A DNA stretch of 64,000 bases, taken from the NCBI GenBank assembly GCA_028534125.1, contig CM052816.1, positions 69,132,001 through 69,196,000 of the forward strand, written 5' to 3'. Positions 62,950 to 64,000 of this stretch are shown here, one piece after another (the stretch's first letter is position 1; every line of letters starts with the position of its first letter). Below the pieces are notes generated by a model. The model did no database searches and had not been told where the DNA came from. It saw only the letters and a program-made list of their open reading frames with translations. A program made the position numbers and the translations under genes. The DNA comes from Lama glama. Taxonomy: Eukaryota.

Positions 62950-64000
62950 CAGTCCTTAAATATAAGCATTTAGCCAAGGATCAACAGACACTTGAGGAAA
63001 CTGTTCAATATGAAAAACAGAGAACAAACAATGTTGGGAGATAATTTTCTATGAGTCTTTCACATTTTTGCATGTTTTTGAAGCAGAGGCACTGTGCTTT
63101 TGCTCCAGGCTATCTTTTCAAAGATATTTATATGGCAAATAGTCTTGAAAGATACAGTGTCTCCCTCTGAGGCAAAGAGCAGGTTTGTTTGCTGCCCAAT
63201 ATAGTATCTTATACTGGAGCAAAAATCAGAAAGATTTACTGTGCTTTATAAAAGATTAGCATTCCCCAAGCTTGAGGTTCCTCTACTAAACACAACCTAC
63301 TATATGCAGGCATCACCCAGGCTTCTTTGTATTGCTCTGTGAGTAATTATGCTCAGGAAACTGATGTAAATGCTGACACCTTGGCTGTGGTATTTCTATG
63401 AGTAATAAAGTCCTTTGTGTCTGATCCAGGAGTGTCATGAATTCTGACAGCACCCATGCTACTGTGGCAGGCTGACTTGCTAGCTTGCAAGTGGGGTAAA
63501 ATCTTCGAATCTTCACAGTTCTTGACAAAGAACAAATAGGAAAATACAAAGGCAACTTGGAAAAAAATGGAAACTATAAAAAGTCAAGAAGATTTCTAAC
63601 TTTAATATCCTCTGAGTAAAAAGAAAAGTTATTATAGCCATAAAACAAGAAGAGGATGCTATAGAAATGGGATACTCATAGAATAAGAAATAGTTTGGGG
63701 GAGTTAAAACTGTGATGGTAGAAATGTGAAATTCATTATAAGAGGAAAACAGGAAAGAAAGATAAGAAAACTAAGGAATCCATCCAGAAGCTCCAACATC
63801 TCAATATTAAGAGTTATGAAAGAGAATGGAAAAAATTGAGGAAAAAATTAAGAACAAATAATAATTACAGTAAATTTGGACATGAGTTTATAAATTGAAA
63901 GGTCCACTGAATACAAAGTTCAGTGACCAAAAGCAGATCCACATACCAAAGCACATCATTCTTAAATTTCAGAACACTGGGGGGAGAAACAACAACAAAA
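62950..64000 (+). mobile_element. Very old L1M/HAL1-like ORF1-region remnant interrupted by an LTR
   Basis: A-rich text: ccaaggatcaacagacacttgaggaaa, atccagaagctccaacatc, ccacataccaaagcacatcattcttaaatttcagaacactggg. Confidence 0.55.
63032..63527 (+). mobile_element. MER70/MER76-like (ERVL) solo LTR
   Basis: tgttgggagataatt ... tataaaa ... gagtaataaagtcctttgt ... cttcacagttcttgaca. 5-bp TSD aacaa/aagaa. Confidence 0.8.

Noticed and set aside
1..64000. CRISPR arrays, operons or prokaryotic/phage defence systems
   Set aside because: The sequence is mammalian and repeat-rich, with no gene-dense structure and no regularly spaced repeats.

Overview
This is mammalian genomic DNA, very probably camelid (alpaca/camel). 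The evidence is a tRNA-derived Vic-1-type SINE at 16791 and camelid-type L1 3' ends, with no Alu, Bov-A/Bov-tA or PRE-1 elements seen. The window is intergenic or deep-intronic, moderately AT-rich and CpG-depleted. I found no supportable protein-coding exon, RNA gene or CpG island. All track ORFs are either decayed L1 ORF2 pieces or chance frames. A large part of the window is transposon-derived: ancient MIR, L2 and L1M elements, MaLR/ERVL/ERV1 solo LTRs, hAT and Tigger MITEs, and younger artiodactyl/camelid L1 ends. There is one 500-N assembly gap inside a young L1. I do not see a new biological system. The most interesting structure is retrotransposition archaeology: two poly(A)-only insertions with target-site duplications (TSDs), a candidate L1 3' transduction of an LTR-like segment, and a target site apparently reused by stacked insertions. 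There are also several candidate cis-regulatory motifs (a nuclear-receptor half-site array, a RUNX/AP-1/ETS/ISRE cluster, ARE, CRE, kB), a hairpin, and a possible 67-nt minus-strand mini-intron. Repeat family names come from my recall of consensus sequences, not from a search. Boundaries are approximate unless a TSD is quoted.
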